Shown here one piece after another: positions 59,893 through 64,000 of a stretch of DNA of 64,000 nucleotides. The position numbers were made by a program, and so were the translations under genes. The stretch comes from Mustelus asterias. Its lineage: Eukaryota. The stretch covers positions 496,001-560,000 of the forward strand of contig NW_027590219.1 in assembly GCF_964213995.1 (NCBI RefSeq), written 5' to 3'. The notes beneath the pieces were generated by a model, which worked only from the letters and a program-made list of their open reading frames with translations, ran no database searches and was not told the DNA's origin. The stretch's first letter is position 1. Every line of letters begins with the position of its first letter.

Positions 59893-61006
59893 GAGGGAAG
59901 GTGGTGGTGTTATTATTCATTCATGGGACGTGGTCATTGCTGGCTGACCAGCATTTATTGCCCATCCCTAATTGCCTGAGGGCAGTTGAGAGTCAAGCAT
60001 ATAGCTGTAGCTCTGGAGTCATGTGTAAGCCAGACGGAGTAAGGATGGCAGATTTCCAAATAGGCTTTTACAACAATGGTTACATGGTCATCGGTAGATT
60101 CTTAATTCCAGCTAATTTTTTTGTTTATTGAATTCAAATTCCACCACTTTCCGTGGTGGGATTCGAACCCGGGCCTCCAGAACGTTGGCTGAGTTTCTGG
60201 ATTAATAGTCTAGTGACAATACCACTTGGCCATCAACTCCCCGTAATGGTATTGTCGCTGGACTAGGAGCCCAGAGACTCAGGCCAAGATCTGGGGGCCA
60301 TTTGAATTCAATAAAAATAAAATTTAAAAAGGCTAATGACAATTGTCGTAGCAACCCATCTTGGTTCATTAATATCCTTTAGGAAAGGAAATCTGCCATC
60401 CTTATTTGGCAATATGGTTAGGGATGGACAATAAACATTGGCAATGCTCACATCCCATTAATTAAAAAAAACACACAATGATACAGATTGGTTCTGCCAC
60501 AGTTGTCAGGAAGAGTCAGCAGCCAGGAATTGGACAATGTCTTCAGATTTCCCAGTTTATTATTGGAGGACTGGTGTCAGACAAATTAAACATCAGGCTG
60601 ATGTGCAGGGCAACTTGGAGGTGATGTTCACATATAGCTGCTTCCCCTAGTCATTCTAGACTGCGGAGATTGAGGGTTTGGGAGATTCTGTCACTGTTCC
60701 TATCAAGTTGTACATCTATAAAAAATCTCTACTTCGCTCTGCCTCTCTCACCTCTTTCTCTCTCATCCCATTGCTGTGGCAAGTTTCCTGCCCTCATGTT
60801 GATTCCATAAATCAGCAGATCCATTCCGTTCAATTTTACAAACTGCCTTTGTGATCCTGTGGGTTTTCTCATTCTCTCTTTTTTTCTGTTTTAAATCTCT
60901 CAGAATATTTGAAGAGAAGGATTTGCAGCCGGGACATTCAAACCCACAGCAGAATCTGACAGAATTACCCAATTTATCGTAACCCGACTATCATTTTACT
61001 TTGAAC

Positions 61007-61708
61007 ATGGATGAAAAAAGCAGCGTTCACAGTGGAGAGAAACCGTTTATGTGTGTTGTGTGTGGACAAGGCTACAGTCGATCATCTGGCCTGTCGAAAC
61101 ACAAACGCAGTCACACTGGAAAGAAGTTGTGTAAATGTGGGGACTGTGGGAAGGAATTTAATTTCCCATCTGATCTGGAAATGCATAGACGCTGTCACAC
61201 CAGGGAAAAGCTGTTTAACTGCTCCGAGTGTGGGAAGGGATTTAATCGCAATGCGCATCTGCAGCAACACCAGCGCGTTCACACGAGGGAGAGACCATTC
61301 ACTTGCTCAGTGTGTGAGAAGGGATTTACTAGTTCATCTATCCTGCTGAGACACAAGCAGGTTCATACGGACGAAAGACCTTTCAAATGCGCAGAATGCG
61401 GGAAATGCTTTAAAAGTTCGAGGGAACTGAGGAGCCATCAGCTCATTCACTCTGATGAAAGACCGTTCAGGTGCTCTCACTGTGAGGCTGGGTTCAAGCA
61501 TTCGTATCAACCCTCTCTCCACCAGCGCACTCACACTGGGGAGAGGCCGTACACCTGCTCCCAGTGTGGGAAGAAATTCACTCAGCCATCCCATCTTCGG
61601 TTACACGAACGAGTTCACTCTGGGGAGAAACCATTCACTTGCACTGTCTGTAAGAAGAAATTTGCTCATTCATCCCATATGTTGAAACACCAGCGAGGTC
61701 ACAAGTAA
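61007..61708 (+). CDS. C2H2 zinc-finger protein, 8 fingers (paralog of 42838-43707)
   Basis: [13 protein letters not shown] start. Shares the KCFKxSxELxSHQ and FRCSHC finger pair with the paralog. Acceptor at ~60903. Confidence 0.88.
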   Translation: MDEKSSVHSGEKPFMCVVCGQGYSRSSGLSKHKRSHTGKKLCKCGDCGKEFNFPSDLEMHRRCHTREKLFNCSECGKGFNRNAHLQQHQRVHTRERPFTCSVCEKGFTSSSILLRHKQVHTDERPFKCAECGKCFKSSRELRSHQLIHSDERPFRCSHCEAGFKHSYQPSLHQRTHTGERPYTCSQCGKKFTQPSHLRLHERVHSGEKPFTCTVCKKKFAHSSHMLKHQRGHK

Positions 61709-62559
61709 TTGCAATGATTGGATATTGTTAATCACGTCCGGGATTGAACTGTGTTCATTTGGGGTCTGTTTTTGCTGATGTTACTAACCTCCAGTCCAGT
61801 TATACAAGTGCTAATCTCCTGGCTAAAAGTCAAATAAACTGGCTTTGTGTTAAACAATGTGAGTCGCCTGAATATCTGACACAAGTTAATTCCTTCTGAA
61901 GGATTCTCCGTCTTTCTATCTGCTCCATCCTCACCTCCAAGTGAGAGGAACTCATGGATCTTCTTTGATTGGAAGATCTCAATCTTAGTGACAGTTGCCT
62001 CTGCCGTGTCCATCCCATGCACTAGCCCACCGAGCTAAAATACCCCTTATCTGAGTCCTGCATCTGTATCTTTCTCTAGATTCTCCCACCTCCCCTCATG
62101 ACCTCTGCCCTCAAGACCCACTTCCTGCACCTTCTATCCTATTCTCGCTGAACTGCTGACTACACAACATCCCCACGTGAGCTTACATTGTTAGTGGTTC
62201 GCTTCTTTCTTCGGGTATTGTCCCTCTTTCCTTTAAATCTGTTGTCATCTCCCCCCACTCCCCCCCAAAATAACAAACACATCACTCCTGCATCAGTCCC
62301 TGGTTAAGCAGCACCTTGTTTTAAAATTTCTATCCTTATTTTCAATCACTGTATGGCCTCGCCCTTCCCTATCTTTGTGATCTTCTCCAGCCCCACAACT
62401 CTCATATATCAGATCATTTCCAATTCTGGCCTCTTGTAGTGACCATATTTCATTTGCTCCACCGATGGTGGTGGTGCTTTCAGCGTCATCACCTGTAAGC
62501 TCTGGAAATCCCTCCATAAGCCTCTCTACCTCTTTCTCCTTCTTTACAATGCTTCTTAA

Positions 62560-63900
62560 ATAGTCACTTTGTAAGTGCAGAGGATTGCTGTAAAATGAGC
62601 CATGCTGCAGAAGCTTTTTCACTTAACATGACAGATACAAGAATAGCAAATTTCAAAGGGAACAACAATTTATTCTGTGTGTAAAGAGGTTGCTGATGGG
62701 TTGGGAAGTTGACTTTGGCTGAGTCATTGCAATGTGGAATGCTCCAGAGAACGGTTTGTTCCTCCGTGCTTTTGTTTAATTGGAAAATTGAAAGGAGGGA
62801 GATGGCAAGTAGCTCACACCAATTGCTGGGAATTGTAGAAAGAATGAACCGCACATGAAGCTCGTTCTCAGAAAATAACTGGATGGAACAGCACAAAGTG
62901 GACTGAAGAACTTCCACTGGTTCTCGTGAGTATCTGGAGTAGGTCCCTATTAGCCCCATCGAACCACAGGAGTGTCATATTGGAGACCAAGTGAGGGTAA
63001 GAAATTGTGCAAAGGGAGATGTGTTTGGACCCCTGTATAAGGGACCATACACGACAATGGATAAGGTCAGTTGTATTGAATATGCAAACGGGCGGCACGG
63101 TGGGGCACAGTGGTTAGCATTGCTGCCTCACAGCGCCAGGGACCCGGGTTCAATTCCTGGCTTGGGTACTATCTATGTGGAGTTTGCACGTTCACCCCGT
63201 GTCTGCATGGCTTTCCTGCGGATGCTCCAGTTTCCTCCCACAGTCCGAAAGACGTACTGGTTAGATGAATTGGCCATGCTAAGTTCTCCCCCAGTGTACC
63301 TGAACAGGCACGGAGTGTGGCAACGAGGGGATTTTCACAGCAACTTCATTGCAGTGTTAATATAAGCCTATTTGTGGCACAAATAAAATAATAAACGTTT
63401 TGGCTAAAAAGTCAAATGGTTTTCTCATAACTTGGTGAAACTCAGAGTCCCAGATAATGGAAGAAGCTGAGAAGGATCAGGACTGTTACGTACACGGTGA
63501 AGAATATGCTGCGGACCTGGGACAATGATGAAAAAGAAGTGAAAAGTGCACCTGTACCATGGCTATTGTATCAGGAGGATGTTAAGATGGAAGCTCAATC
63601 CCCCTCAGCATCTTCATCTGGATGTTATCCAAAACCACATTAGGAAGGGGAATAATATCCAAAATGTCAGACAGTAACGGGGTATAATGAATGATGCTTC
63701 AACAGCTTTTAACACCAGGGTTGTTAATACCATTAACTTAGCCACTCTTAAGGTCGGAACTTAACCATACATTTACAACATATGGTCAGGCCCTAAAGTC
63801 TCACGTACAAATGATCAATCAAATTATTAAAGAAAGTAAAATTGTATTAAGTGAATCTACTGAATGTATAATGTATGGATCTTGGTTGGTGGAACAAGCC
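62560..63900 (+). mobile_element. Degraded LTR-retroelement/ERV integrase relic interrupted by a SINE (63090-63397)
   Basis: GIVERMNRT at ~62829 and FGPLYKGPY at ~63024. The downstream extent is uncertain. Confidence 0.55.
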
Positions 63901-64000
63901 AGAGAGATGATATAGTATATTGCTAAAGGAAGATGCACTGCAGCAATTCACCAAGGCTCCTTAGGCAGCACCTTCCAAAGCCACGACCACTTCCATCTAA

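Overview
Vertebrate (not prokaryotic) DNA, most consistent with a cartilaginous fish (shark) from its SINE/CR1/Penelope repertoire. This taxon call is inference. The window is a dense cluster of KRAB-less tandem C2H2 zinc-finger genes: about 10 loci (7 intact ORFs, 3 probable pseudogenes) plus fragments. Most sit as head-to-head pairs around CpG-rich promoters carrying NRF1/YY1/CCAAT/GC/ETS-like motifs. The genes are embedded in retroelements: one intact full-length CR1-clade LINE, many CR1/L2 fragments, tRNA-derived SINEs, two LTR-retroelement integrase relics, Penelope-type fold-back elements with minimal hammerhead ribozyme cores, and three minisatellites. Three observations stand out. (1) A correctly phased U_UUA_AAC -1 slippery site at the CR1 ORF1 stop would fuse ORF1 to ORF2. 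(2) Small hammerhead-bearing fold-back insertions with target-site duplications occur, several at ZNF promoters. (3) A conserved leader of 'dead' zinc fingers with shared TGA codons precedes many ZNF ORFs. Repeat boundaries are read by eye and are approximate.
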